A stretch of 64,000 nucleotides of DNA, taken from positions 23,932,001 through 23,996,000 of the forward strand of contig CM022670.1 of NCBI GenBank assembly GCA_012295275.1, in the 5' to 3' direction. The notes under the pieces are model-generated. The model was not told where the DNA came from. It saw nothing but the letters and a program-made list of their open reading frames with translations, and did not search any database. Made by a program: the position numbers and the translations under genes. This DNA comes from Chrysomallon squamiferum. Taxonomy: Eukaryota; Animalia; Mollusca. Numbering within the stretch: position 1 is the stretch's first letter; every line of letters starts with the position of its first letter. Positions 1-14,520 of this stretch are shown here, piece by piece.

Positions 1-2336
1 TAGAGTACCAAACGTTAGTTGTGTGTAGTAGTTGAAAAACCCCACAATAATAATAATAAATGTTTGGGAGAGGTCGCTTTGGCGATTTCAACGCACAGAG
101 ATTCAAAAAATTATTGACATGGTTATATCTCTTAAGATATCAATCACGCTAAAACTCCTCAAAGAAAATGTTAATTGTATACAATATATGTATATATTAG
201 TTTCGACTTCAGCGTCAGCCAGTCTAGCAGTGGGAATCAAGTGTATTACTCTTTGTAGCCACTGGTTTAAAATATTATAGCAAAGACGATTATTTGATAA
301 CAAGTATATGAAATACATAGAGACCGTTAGTAGTATATTAACAGTTTACTTTCAATGGCTACACTACATGGAAGAAATCCCAACTGATTTGTTGTTTACC
401 CTCAATAAAAGGTTTCAAAACATTCTTGTTTTCATTATTATTATTATTATTGTTATTTGTGACAAATTTAAAATATTTTGCTTTGATCAAACTACCTTTC
501 CTTTCTGGAGAAATAAATACTTTGCCGTTTCTATAATCATGAAGAGTAGCCCATATCTGGAGAAATAGTACAGGTAGCTAAGTTGTGTGCCCCAGTACAT
601 GGAGGTTAAAGCTTAACAGAATAAGAAAACTGAATTTTACATATATTACATACACGCAAAGTATATATATATATATATATTTTTTTTTTTTTACTTGATA
701 CATATATACATACATTTATCCTGTAATCAATATAAATATATAGCTTTTTGGGACAAGTATACTTATTTTGATAAATTACTTGTAATATACACATTGTTCA
801 GAGTTACTTTAGTGCTTAATTGTTGGTTTAGACCGTAAAAGACCATTCTGAAATCGTTTTTCATTTACAAACTACTTTTGTTGCTGACAAATAACAATTG
901 TCATCATTTTATCTCTCATCATCGATGGCAAAACGTAGCACACCTATTTTAAATATCTAGTGGGAAAAACGGCAAAAGCGTCTCTGCAGTTTAATATGGA
1001 ATAAATAATATCCAACTGATTGTTCCTTATTTCAAAACTGTAACAATATTTAAGAATACAGTTAACGATATCCTCCATCATGATCATATCAAGCATCTTT
1101 AGAATGTTGAGACGACCCCTCGTGCAAAAGCTGTCAAGTGCTCATCATCTGACCGTTACGTCACGATTCAGGTAGATCTAAACGTCCAAAGATTTCCGAG
1201 TAGATGATTTGTGATGCGGCGGTGCGTCTTCGGTTTTGTCGTGTATGTACGATTACATGGTACTCTTTAATGTACCAGCGAATTCGAAAATGACCGACCT
1301 AACGGAATGTAACGATATAATTATTGTTAAATAAATATACTGGCTGGAATCATTGCCACCCAAATGCAAAGATTACCCAGAGAAAACGATATAGATCTTT
1401 CTCTGCTGAAGAACCAGCAGTATCCGTCTAAATACCCGCCTGAGCTGTTCTCCGCCAGAGAGTACTCGGGCTTGTGACATTCTTTGATTTTATTTATTAA
1501 TTTATTATTATTGTTGTTGTTGTTGTTTAATGAAAAGTACATAAGCACAGTATCGATGACACTCCTTTTTCTGGAATTTTTTTTTTTTTATAATAAATTT
1601 GGAGGATTCGAGTTACTGATTATAAAATATTACAAAATCAAGATGAAATAAACTTTTAGTATAATTAAATAAAATTAAAAAATCAGAGATATTTATTTAT
1701 TTATTTATTTATTTTTATTTGGTGTGTTGTCGTCGTTGTCGTTGTTATTATTTCTTTGGAAACTAGCAGTAATTCTCATCTTCCATAGATGGTTGTAACC
1801 AAATAAATAAGTGATGAGTTTAACTTCCTCTCATTTGTTAAATTCCTTGTTAAAAAAATATGTTGCAGTTTAATACTAACATTCTGGTAGTAATTTTACC
1901 TAGAATGGAAAGACATGTATTTTCACATTTCTTTTAAATGAGTCACAACTCAGCTTAGATAATGTATGTTTTAAATAAGATTTAAAAAGATATTAATATT
2001 TTTTTTAAAAAGAAGAATATCAAAATGTGGAATTAATTTATGAAATATGTGTTACAGAAGAAATGTTTACCAGTTAATGGCAATGATATTAAAAATAATA
2101 ATAATAAATAAATAAAAATAGATAATAATAATGAATTACTGGCTTTCCTGTTAGAGATATGTTCTACCAGTTAATAATGTAACAAGAACAAAAATGCTGT
2201 AATAATAAATTCATTATAATGTTTTGAATTTTCCATTCTAACCATTCTATTTAAAATAATTTTACTTTAATTTTGTTCTAATAATGGTTGATTGTATAAC
2301 TTACAATGAAATGTATATTAGAAGTGGATGGGCAGG

Positions 2337-2744
2337 AGTAATTCAGAATTTTTGGTATCAGTTGGCAAAAATATTTTATCAGTAAAATTTTATTTGATGC
2401 TTTCAAATGATCATGCTTCTAATTGTCATAATTTAGTGATTTTTATAATACAGGGGAAAAACAATACAGTTTATTAATTTAGCAAGGATATTTCTATTCC
2501 TGTCATTTCTTTGTATCTAATCATTTTGGCAAATCTTTAGTAAGTAATTCAGAATTTTTTAATATCAGTTGGTAAAAACATTTTAACAGTAAATTTTTAT
2601 TTGATGCTGTCAAATGATCATCTTCTAATTCTCATAATTTAGTGATTTTTATAATACAGGGGAAAAACAATACAGTTGATTAATTTAGCATGGATATTTC
2701 TATTCCAGTCATTTCTTTGTATCTAATCAGTGTGGCAAATCTTT
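2337..2744. repeat. Two-copy tandem duplication of a ~205-bp unit
   Basis: agtaattcagaattttt...ggcaaatcttt occurs at 2337-2538 and 2543-2744 with scattered substitutions. Confidence 0.9.
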
Positions 2745-5700
2745 TCACTTTTATAGGGTGTGTTTTTATTATTTCATCAGTAAGCTTTTTGAGTCAGTTA
2801 TAACACCAGTTTTAATAATATGTAACTTCAAAGTTAAGATGAAAAGTTAATTATGAATGTAAGTTTACCCTAGCATCATAATAACTTAAGTCTGATTAAT
2901 TATTTTTCTTTATGACTAATAGTATGATTAAACCATTAGTTACTTAGGATCTTATAATTATTAATTTTGTTAAGTTGATTATAGATGATATTTATAAATT
3001 TTATATCCAAATTATAATATATTGGTGACAGTTAAGTGAATAATTATTATAATTATTTTTTTAACGATAATTCTAATTTTATAATAATAATAATAGATAC
3101 ACCTACAAAATAATAATAATAGTTGTTACTACACTTACCATTGTACATAAAAAGTTGTATTTATTCTCTTAAGTTTTATGCAGTTCTTAAATTTTTATTT
3201 ATTTATTAGTTCTGTTGTGCTTTGCTTGAATTTTGTTTTTCTTTGTAACATTAAATATTAGCTATAGAACTATTTAACGTTTCTTTGGCAATTATAATAA
3301 GTGTCCATCTTGTCATAATAGACATTGAAACATTTGTATAGATTGTTGTGGGTGTACAGGTTAGTGTACCACGTAGTTCACACAACAGGTGCGAGCAAGA
3401 GCCAGCAGGAAAGAACTACCGTACCTGTCCCAGTTTATCCATCAGAATGGTATTTACTATAGGAAATAACTGAATCAGCCTTGAATCAGATATTTAATTG
3501 TTTTTGTATTAGGCATTCAGTAATAAATTACTTTTAAAACACATTTAATAATGCTTAACACATTTTTGAAGAAATTAAAAAAAAAAGAACAAATAATTTA
3601 ATATCAAAAACAAAACAACTGGGATTATATGATGATGTATGGTGTTTTTGTTCAAAATGCTTAAAATGCATACATTTATCTTAGGTCTAAATTTTTTCCA
3701 AAATAATTGAAAATAAATAAATAGATAAATAAATCTGTAAGATGTTTATTAGATAAACCTACATTTATTACTTTCATTTAAAAATGAAAAAGTATCTTCA
3801 GGAAAATGTATCATTATTTTATCCATTGTTTGTGTTATATATAGAAGTAATACACAAGATAATCATAATGATATTATATTTATTTATTTATTTATAATTC
3901 AGAGAGGAAGTTTTAATATATAAGAAATGGAAGTGAAACAACTAGGTCAAACTAAGATACCGTCACTGACCATGTGTTATTACATGAGATAATTTTGTGG
4001 TTGTGTTTATACAAGCCTTGTGTTAGAAAGTTTGTCCTATCTACTGGTGCATATTTAGGTCAAGAACATTGTGTGATTCAGGTCAGATTAAATATGAAGT
4101 AGCATCTTTTCTTGAAATACAATAACTTTTATCAGTCTATAATTGTTGACAATTAGTAAGAGTTATATTTAGAAACTTGCTCACCACAGCGTCTTTCTTT
4201 GAATGAATTTAAGAGAAAAAAAAATCTTTTGAAAACACTGTCTGAAGAATATGATATAAAAGTCATTCACATTCATCAAAAAGAGAGGACAAAATGTACT
4301 CAGTGTGAAAAAAGAAGAACAGGTGTGTCTTTTAGCCTAAAGTTTAAAATCACATCAATTTTGTGTGTAAGCAATGACATTTATAGAAAAAGTAAGATAT
4401 AATTAAAGTGGTTTTTTTTACCCTGAAAATTGTGACATAGTGAGTAACGTGCTTGAATTACCTTTATTCTGTGTCAGCAGATTGACAGGTGTTTTAAATT
4501 AACAGTTTTCTATTACACTGCCCTGTTTTAAATTATTGTTTATCACAGTTGCTTCAGCCTTTCAGTGGTTTCAGAATCATTTTATATTCAAATGATATTT
4601 TGGTCTCATGATATTCACTAATAACAATAACAACAACAACAATGATGAAGAAGAATAAAAAAAAACTGATGATGAAATAAATAGTTCACATACATTTCTC
4701 TCATTTATTTTTTCAAATTTTGCTGTAAATATTATTTTATCTTTATTAAGAGCAGATCCACCTACTCATTTTAAAACAAACACGATTAGTGAGTTATTTA
4801 ACAAGGTTTAGAGTGAATGATTTTTTTTTTTTGACATGAAAAAAAAAAAAATTATAGTCAGTTCGGTCTGGATTCTAGAATGTTCTAGCTGATTCAAATT
4901 AATTTATCAAGCTAGTTTTCATACATGCTTATTCTGTGATACTGGTATGAATTTATAGTGACAGTAAGAGAGAGGAAACTTGAAAATGTACATTGGTACC
5001 TATCAGTGAGTGAGTTAATTATTGGGAAAAATAGGTGTTTCTTTAGGAGCTCCATGTACATCTGTCTCAAGCAAACACTCGAATTGCTTAGATCATGTTT
5101 CTGAAATAGTGTATTAGAGAGAGAGAGAGAAAAACATGTAATGATGCTATATCTCTCCTTAGAGTCAAAGGAGAGATGTAGCATCATTACATGTTTAAGG
5201 TTTAGACTAGTAACATAACCACTAAGTTATCAAGGTTTATTTACTGAGTAACATCAAAAACTGTTTTACATATTTTACCATTAATAAAAAAAAAAATGTA
5301 AAAAATGTGCTCTTTCATTTGATAAACATCATTAAACAAGATCTGACTAAAAAAGTCATCTCGTTTGATATATTGTCAATAGTTACATGTCGTAAGATCA
5401 CATTAACAGTCTATTATAAAACTCGCACTACTTATGACTATTGTAAACAAATTCTGTTTTTATAGCATCTAACGATCTACGCTGCTAAATTGAGAACCAG
5501 ACTGCACGTTTGTATACGTTAGGCAACAAAGAAGTAGACATTCTTTGAATAGGTGGTATCTATATTGCGGCATTTGTATTTGAACTATTTAGAGAAAAGA
5601 TGTTTAGTTATTTTAAAATACCTTTGTGAGAATGCAACGAACTGGAAGTAATTAAAGTATAAACACAGCCAAAAGAAATTTTTCACATTAAAAATGAAAT

Positions 5701-7385
5701 CTGAGAAAAATTAAAAGTCAAGTTGGAATTTGATCCATATAAAACATGGCCAAAAATCAATAAAAGCAAATAAATGTGACACCTGCTCTTGGCTAGTTTG
5801 AGGTGGGGGAAGTGAAAAGCACATGCCTTGTGAATAACTGGTTATTATTATTTAAACAGCATGCCTCACATCTACATAAACACAAAAACATCACTACAGA
5901 AATGCTGCATCTACAGTGTAGATGGGTGTTATCAATGTACTCTTTGCAGTACATTCAGCTGTTCACCTGTTCAGGACAGACATCAACAGAAAGGTAGAAA
6001 ATTTATAATATATGAGAATCAAATTTTAATTTATTCTTTTTATTATTTTTTTTTTTTTTCTCATATTTAAATTATAAAAACTAAGTGTTCTCTTGCTACA
6101 TGGTTTTAATTGTTGTTAAAGCAAAAAAAAAAAAAAAAATTAAATTGGCAAAAGAAAATATGCAAAATGATGCTAAATTTTATTTTTCTGTCTGGTAGGC
6201 AACCCTTAAAAGATCATTCATTTTCCTGTACTGGTTATGATATTTTTACACAAATTTAAAATACAGTTTTTGAGTCTTTCATCAGCTTTGTATGTCAGAA
6301 TTTCAATGTTAATCATCACTAAAATCAAACAAATGTGTTATATTTTGGAATTGTTTAGAATGTGTATGATATACAGTTTGAACAAATGAAGATATTATTT
6401 ATATTGGAAATAATAATAGATTTTGTTACTCTGAGACATTAATTTATTTCAGTTTGAATTACATAGAAGAAAAAGATGAATAAATTAGTGTATGATAATT
6501 ATATTAAAAAAGAAAATAATAATTGAAAACTGATTACTTTGTCTGGTTATAATATTTTCAAATGAATAGTTATTACTAAAGTAATAGACAGTTCTTGAAA
6601 ATATATATATATTTGTATACATTTACAAGGATAAATAAAAATGTTGAAACATTTGTCGCTTTTGTGTAAATGCTTTAAACAATATTACTGTTCAATTGTT
6701 TGTAATTCAATAGCACATGCATGGAATTGAATAACTTCTTTATGTATTATACTGAATGTAGTTCTTGGCTTCTCCTGTTATCGACTGTAACCATAATAAA
6801 CAACAACAGACAAAGGCACTCGTCTCAGTTTCATAGACTGTTTTACTGTATTGCCAACAGTATTTACTACAGGTAACGACAAAAAAACAAAAACAAATAC
6901 CCAAATTAATATTATTTCTACATCACTGGTGGGGGGGGTAATTAATAATAATAATAATAATAGTATAAAAAAAATATATAAATAAATAAAATGAGACCAT
7001 ATTTATGATTGTAACTTGAAAATGTACGGACTAATGATAATTGTATGTTTCAAAAAATTCATGTAATTTTAGATCAGATTAAACTCGGGCCTTAACTAAA
7101 GTAATTATATATAGATATAATTATAAACATTTAAGTGAAGTTAAAAGAAGAAGAAGAAAAAAGAAAATTCATAATCTATTTGCCGTGTCTGATCATATGG
7201 TATTACCTGCCTCGATTACGTTTTGTGGATGAAAGACTACGTTAAGACTACACAACGAACACATACATGCACGCTGATTACAGATTTTGATCATATTTTT
7301 CACCATTGATGTTAAAAACATGATCTACATTATAAAAAATGAAAAAGATAAAAAAAAAAAAAAAAAAAATTGTTTGGGAAGTTAA

Positions 7386-7760
7386 AGGTAGTCATCCTTT
7401 GTTATGCATGGCTGACGATTTTTTTAAAGTATTTTTCATCGGAAAATTCAAAATACTTCAAGAAGTAATGGAGAAATATGTATACTAAGTCATAAAAAAA
7501 GAGTTTTTATTCCGAATATTTTAAAAACGGAGAAACTACTTCACTAGATCTGGCATACGGACTTTGTAGTAAAGTCGGGTAATTGCGAAAAGAAAGAGTT
7601 TGTCACACACATAAATGTATTATGTTTTCGTGTTCGTGTTTAGTATGCTCATAATGTAGGCCTAATTGTTTTATTAACTTTAATACACTATTATTGAAAT
7701 GAAAAAATATACGTTTGTTAGATGTTGAATAAATAAACATTGCATAGTTTAGACATGCCT
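7386..7760. mobile_element. Possible Kolobok-like MITE (TTAA|AGG ... CCT|TTAA)
   Basis: ttaa|aggtagtc at 7382-7393 and gacatgcct|ttaa at 7752-7764. The TIR match is short and weak. Confidence 0.3.
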
Positions 7761-8795
7761 TTAAGTTTTCTTTCCAAACATTCAGTCATATCATTAACAA
7801 ATTATCTATCGCTTTTCAAGGATATGTGATAAACTGTATTAAAGTGTACATTAATTTGACAGTACACAGAACGAACAAATTGTCTAAATATTTTGTGTAT
7901 ACTTATGAGACATATTTAGGCCAGTTGCTCTCGTACCGTGATAAGGGACAAACGATTCAAGTTGTTTCGACGGCTCGAAATTTTTGTTATTCACGGCCTG
8001 GATCAGTTAACTATTTTAAAAATTATTCCTTTGTATAGGCCTATCAGATAATTTAGCAGTGTACATTCCTTCATACCGTACACACATATTTTAAAAAATC
8101 CTATGAAGCTTTAATTAAAACAGCAGCGCAGGGGAGCGGCGGTAGATTTCCTGTGTGTGTAACGTTTGACCACAGTAATTACACAGATTTTGAACTTTAG
8201 AACCTTACGGCCATGTGTTGAATCGTATTAACAGTCCGGTTAAAATCAGTTTTCAGTCTACAGCAACAAAATAACCGAAACTGACCCTCATTAGAAACGT
8301 TTCAGTTTCCAGTATTTCTTCTTTCATTATAGTTTTGACCCGTCATGAGAGAATAGCAGGCCTGTATTATTTATCTTAGGGTACATTCCATTTTGATCTG
8401 ATTTCATTCATGAATCTCTCTGCCGTCTTGGCCAGAACGCCCCACATGACACAGCAAATACTACGGAATTATTTTTAGCTTTATGACAAAATAACCGGGG
8501 GACTATAAAACTGTCAAGGCAAAATTCGATCTGTTGACGTACGAACATCTTTTGATTAATATATTCAGTGCTGAAAATAATGCACAGTCAGTGCATCTGT
8601 AGTTATAAAGTGACACTTCCTGAAAGGGGTCATGTTTTCATTCGTTAATATCCAACGACGAAATTAGAGAGTAATGAATATATGTACGTCTCTGTTTTAT
8701 AACGATGGATAGACAGATAGATAGATGGACAGGTACATGGCTTAGCATTAGGTGGCCTGTTTTATAGATAGGTAGATATTGATAGATTATGGATA

Positions 8796-8800
<5 letters not shown>

Positions 8801-8850
<50 letters not shown>
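8801..8850. repeat. (GA)n microsatellite
   Basis: Directly visible. Confidence 0.95.
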
Positions 8851-8852
<2 letters not shown>

Positions 8853-9994
8853 TCTTAATTAAGAATCAAAACATATTCACTAAGACTATTTTTATAATCA
8901 GTAATCATTAGCAAAATATAAAGTGTATTCCTGTGTGTAATTGTGCTTGTATGTATCTTAAGATACATTATCGCATCTTACTGTACATTCGTATGATATT
9001 TTATTAATCAGTAAAATATTTTGATATTATTTGAAAAATAAACAAAGAAAGAGTCATGACAATTTACACAGTGAAAGGTGTGAATTCGCCTTTGATACGT
9101 GTTCGGAATTGATTTTTTATTGGCTTGCATAACCTGGGAATCCTGCTTGTAGCTAAAATTCATTTCCTTTAGGATTGGAAAGCAGTTATTTCATATCCGC
9201 AAGCATGTAGTTCTTATTTATGAATGGAAGCGTTCTATTTATAGTTCTATATTTACTATATTTTCTACAATTAAATAGTTAAATATATTTGAACATCGAC
9301 CCCGAAATTTTACAATTTGTTTATGACTGATGTCATGAAACAGGGAATCTGGCAAATGTTTGTAAAAAATAAGGTGTTTATTTAAAATATTATGTTTTAT
9401 TACATTTTCGCGCAAACGCGGGCTTTCAGGAGTCAGTGATACCCTCCTTCGGATTTATATAAACTTTCTATTAAACTTTTTTTTTTTTTTTTTTTTTAAC
9501 AGACATTACTGACATTATAATATCAAATGTGTGAATGATTACAGATCTTACTAGGTCATAAATCTTTAAAAGAAAAGAAAATGACTCGCAGTTCTTTTGG
9601 TTATTTATTATTATTAAATTAAAAACTTCGAACATAAATAAATATCCAGCTAAGTTTGTCAGTAAGATAATGAATAAAATTAAATACAGATAAATAGTTA
9701 CAAGCTGAAACCGAGGGATAAATAAACTGATTTTTCCCTAATATTTGTAATGATTTTTTTATTTCTACAGTAACGTTAATTGCCACTGTCACAAAAGCTG
9801 ACACCTTTCATAAGATATATGTGGTAACAAACCATATCAGGTGTACAGGCATGACCGCATGAATGAATGAAAAAAAAAAAAAAAAAAATCTTTAAATAGC
9901 CAGGAAACGAGCCTCGTTCTGGTGCAATGAAACTACGTAGAGCAGATTATGCGTGCAGGGACGTGCCCGAGGAGGTTTCCCCGACTGAGCGATA

Positions 9995-10070
9995 CATTTG
10001 ATTGGACGAGCGTGTTACGTTGCCTTTGATAACAACCTATTTAAGATAAACTAAACACACGTGACTGTCT
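9995..10070 (+). promoter_or_regulatory. Putative core promoter of the CERK-like gene
   Basis: CpG-enriched stretch with ATTGG (reverse CCAAT, 10001-10005), TATA-like TATTTAA (10038-10044) and E-box CACGTGAC (10058-10065) just upstream of the ATG at 10099. Confidence 0.4.
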
Positions 10071-10098
10071 AAATATTAACAAGCACAGAACTGAAATT

Positions 10099-10223
10099 AT
10101 GATACGAACGGTATTAAGAAAGGATGGAAAGGAATTCCATGTGTCTCTGTCAGCGACATGTTTTTCATATACATCTGTTAAAAAGATAGATGGAAAAATT
10201 CAAAGTGGTAAGTATTCTTTTAA

Positions 10224-10272
<49 letters not shown>

Positions 10273-10303
10273 TACATACATACATACATACATAAATAAA
10301 TAA

Positions 10304-10344
<41 letters not shown>

Positions 10345-10798
10345 TTTGGATGATAAAGAGATTTAAAAATGCAGTAGATTAAATAGTGTATTTAACAAGT
10401 AAAAAAAAAAAAAAAAATTTCTTAAGAGAAAACTAAAAATGAAGGCATAATGTTTAAAAAGAAAAGAAATCGATAGTAAACTGAACTTTATAATTAATAT
10501 ATAGTAAATAAATAGAATATATAAAACTAATTGTATTTAATTATACTTTCTTTTCTCATTGTTGCTGAATTAATTTTTCAGGAACGATTTCTTTAGATTA
10601 TATACTTGTTCTGAAGAAAGAGCAGACGAAACGACATGTGTCATGTTTTACTATACTTTATGTAGAGAGGAAACGGGGTTCGAAACTCGTTGTCAGAACA
10701 GTTTCATTTCACGGTCAAGGCATGGACATATTGGTTAAAGCCATAGAAGCCAAACTTGCTGGTATATATTTTAACTAATTTGTTGTTTAGAACAAAAA

Positions 10799-10841
<43 letters not shown>

Positions 10842-10900
10842 TTTTATAACAGTTAATATTATCACGTTGAAGATATGATGGTAATGAAGATGTTGTAATG

Positions 10901-10947
<47 letters not shown>

Positions 10948-11612
10948 GCTTCGAGAGTTTATACATTATTTATTTATAATTTTTATCTATTATATTTCTT
11001 TTTCTTACTTAAGAACTATCCATATTTACTCTTCACTTTCACTCTCCCTTATTTTCATTATTTTGCTGTTACTTTGTGCGATTAAAGGTTTAATATTTTT
11101 AGTATTATTAAATAGTTTATATGCAGTTTTCGTATAAATCCAGCATGAATTTCCATAGATACATTATTATAATACATCTCTCTCGTACCACGCGGTTTGA
11201 TATTTATAATCTGATGAAATAGTTTTCTCTGTGTAGTAACTGATAGATATGTCATGAAAGGTCTTATGTACTCGTTACCTGATACATAATAAAACGAGGA
11301 TTATTTTACAATTAAATCCTTTTTTTATACAGCGGTGCTCTACCGTGCGCAGCTAATGCAGTGATTATTCACGTATGCAGTGGCAAACGTTATAATCCTC
11401 TTTTTAAATCATGTTTTTCATTCCGTTTGTGCAGACATTAAAATAATACATAACACTTATCCCTTTTTATCGGTCATTTCCAATATTTACTTTCGTTCTT
11501 CCCTTACCTTACTTTTATTTGCTGTTCCTTTTAATAATATTCTAATTGCAGTTGCTGTATAAACTCACTTTCTCTGTCACAGACGCGAGCGCTCTCACAC
11601 ACATACACACTC

Positions 11613-11646
<34 letters not shown>

Positions 11647-11863
11647 GTTTATACAGAGAAATATTTTGTCACTTAACTAATTTATGTTCATCGTTACAGA
11701 AAACAGACGGCCGCGTGAAGTTCTTGTCATAATCAATCCAAACAGTGGTAGAAAAAAGGCAAAGAAAGTTTTTTACAAGAAAGTAGAACCTTTTTTCAAG
11801 ATTTGTGGAATCACTTCAAAGGTTATAGGTTCGTATTTTAAAATCTTCTTGTCATTGTGTGTG

Positions 11864-11925
<62 letters not shown>

Positions 11926-13971
11926 TGAAGCATTTAGTACAATCCCATGATTGTCACATGGTCACGATTGTACATCGTGATAAAGATAAATAATTTTAGG
12001 TTAATACACGGATCGTATTACACAGTGATTGTGAAATATAAATGCTTAAACCTGTTTAATAATGACTACATACTTTTAACTTGATGATTAACTTTACCTT
12101 TAGATTTTTTTTTCACTAAGTTTATGGGATATTTTACCACAATCGCTGCCACCATCACCATCGCCATCTATACTACTACTACTACAACTGCTAGTACTAT
12201 ACTACATTTCTCCTTTTGCAAATATTACTCATATTAATGTTACTACTAAATTTTAACTTATATTTGTTGGTATTTTGTCTTTTTTAGTTACTGAACGACC
12301 GAAGCAGGCGCAAGAACTTCTTCAACACGTTCACCTGACCAGTATTGATGCGTAAGTTTTTCTTAACCTATCTTAATTTCTTATAACTTAAATATATACT
12401 GCCCTATATAAAAAATATAAAAAGACAGAGAATACTTTAAAAACGGTATTTTGATACACTTGCTTGTTATTATAGTTTATTTAATAATTATTTTGTTGTT
12501 TTTCAGTATTGTTACCGTTGGTGGAGATGGGATATTTTGTGAATGTTTAAGCGGCTTGATAATGAGAACGCAAACGGATGCCGGGATAGATTTTAATGAT
12601 CCGGACGTTGAAGCAATTCCATCACAAATTCCTATTGGAATTATACCAGCAGGTACATTTACTTTATCCGAAACTTGTTTCTTCAAATGTAACTGACTAA
12701 AAAAAAAAAAATTTAACACTTATGACATATGGATATCATGATATTACTAGTTTTCAATATTCTTCATAATAAATACAGTTAAAAAAAAACATATATATTG
12801 TTTACTATAATTTAGTGTATTTATTTCAAAGGATCAGGTGATGTTACTGTTCAGTATCTTCATGGAAATCGAGACCCGTTGACAGCTGCCATCCATATTG
12901 CATTAGGTATGGTGTTGTTTCTTTTTCTTCTTCTTCTTCATGCCAAAAGAAACAGTTCCCTAGACTACTGAAGAACAGACATCATAAATGTTTTACAGTA
13001 CTATAAAAGTATTCGTTTCTCTTGCTGACGCTGGAAAATCCGTTTTGATTTATTCTGTAAAAATAGACAAGCACTTTACTGACAGTTTTAATGTCATTCT
13101 GTACGTATATTTAAAAAATGTGTTTATTCTACAGGCAAAACGCGCAAAGCGAGCGCTGCCAGTGTTCACGAAGGCAGGAGGTTGTGCCTTTACTCCGGTC
13201 TTCTAGTTGGATTTGGTTTTTTCGGTGACATCATGAACGACTGTGATAAATTCAGATGGATGGGAACAACCCGCTTCAGCAGTAAGTCGTCCACCGTTTA
13301 CAAGTTTATTACCTTCTTTAACGTTCAACATTATTTTCAATTTTTACTTCTGATCCCAGTCGCCTTTTGACATCTTTGGCGGTCACGAAACCTTCTGTAA
13401 TACTGAATTACGGGTTGTAATGTTTGCGCAGTTAACTATTATTATATAGCAAATTCACCACATCTATCGTAATTATTAATTTTAGTAATATCTCGTTTGG
13501 TACCACGATTTTTAAACTTTATTTCATTTTATTATTATTATTATTATTATTTAAAAAAAAATTTAGGAGTATATTCCATACATTTTGAAAATAAAGTTTT
13601 ATGTGTATATATATATATATATATATATGAAATTTATGTTTTAGTAATTCCGCTTGCCACCATTCTTCGACGTCGTCTTTTCAACGCTAACGTTGAGTAT
13701 CTGCCGCTGGATTCCTCTGAATGGCAAAACGTCAACGTGAAGGGCAAACTGTACGGCGTCGACACCTACACGATAACACGGAAGGCTAAACACGGTCGCA
13801 GCGTACTGACGCAGTGCTTCGGCGACGATGCTCTTACGATGTATCTCACAAGCAAGTGCACGTTCTCCCAGCACTTGAAACAGCTGTATAAAACCAAGAA
13901 CTACAAAAGTGATTGTGTAAGTATAAAATGTTATCTACTTGTACATCAGCCGTGTGTGGAAACTGGTGTTG

Positions 13972-14002
<31 letters not shown>

Positions 14003-14222
14003 TTATTTTTTTTGAATTTTTACTTTTTTACTTATTATATTAACTTTTGTTGTTGTTCTTTTTCTTTATATTTTAAATTATTTAATTTAATTTTTATATT
14101 TATAAAATATAAAATCATAACATTATAATAATGGAAATCCTAAAAGACATTTATATATATAATTTTAAATCATCATTATTTGTTTATTTTATTTATTTAT
14201 TTATTATTATTATTATTATTTG

Positions 14223-14273
<51 letters not shown>

Positions 14274-14520
14274 TCAGTTCGACTATGATTTCATTGACCA
14301 ATACAGAGTTAAAGCGTACAGGGTCAAAATTAATGGTGCTGCATCAGTAACGACCAGTGAAGGAGAAACTGTTTTGACTGACAAATACTACATCAACTGC
14401 GACGGCGAAGTCATAACGCTGTCAAAACCAGAATTCCAAGTCCGCATGCACAAACAAATAGTCCCGCTATATGGAAGTGAAATACAAACTGAGCCATCTT
14501 TAAGATTTCTCCCTAAATGA
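10099..14520 (+). CDS. CERK: Ceramide kinase-like protein (DAGK/SphK/CERK catalytic family with N-terminal PH-like region), 9 exons, 454 aa
   Basis: Hand-spliced exons 10099-10207, 10582-10761, 11700-11828, 12288-12351, 12507-12652, 12832-12906, 13135-13281, 13645-13916, 14278-14520. All introns are GT-AG, phases are consistent, total 1365 nt ending in TGA. Motifs RPREVLVIINPNSGRKKA, VTVGGDG, IGIIPAGSGD, GFGFFGD..DKFRWMG and INCDGE match the CERK family. It may be a divergent paralog rather than the ortholog. Confidence 0.85.
11865..11921. repeat. (TG)n microsatellite in CERK-like intron 3
   Basis: Directly visible. Confidence 0.95.
14225..14272. repeat. (ATT)n microsatellite abutting the last CERK-like acceptor
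   Basis: Directly visible; runs into atttcag at 14271-14277. Confidence 0.95.

Noticed and set aside
10898-11137. ORFs rich in YI, CV, poly-F, poly-V or poly-Y (here and at 17058, 25890, 39819, 56441)
   Set aside because: They are translations of microsatellites and homopolymers in introns or intergenic DNA.
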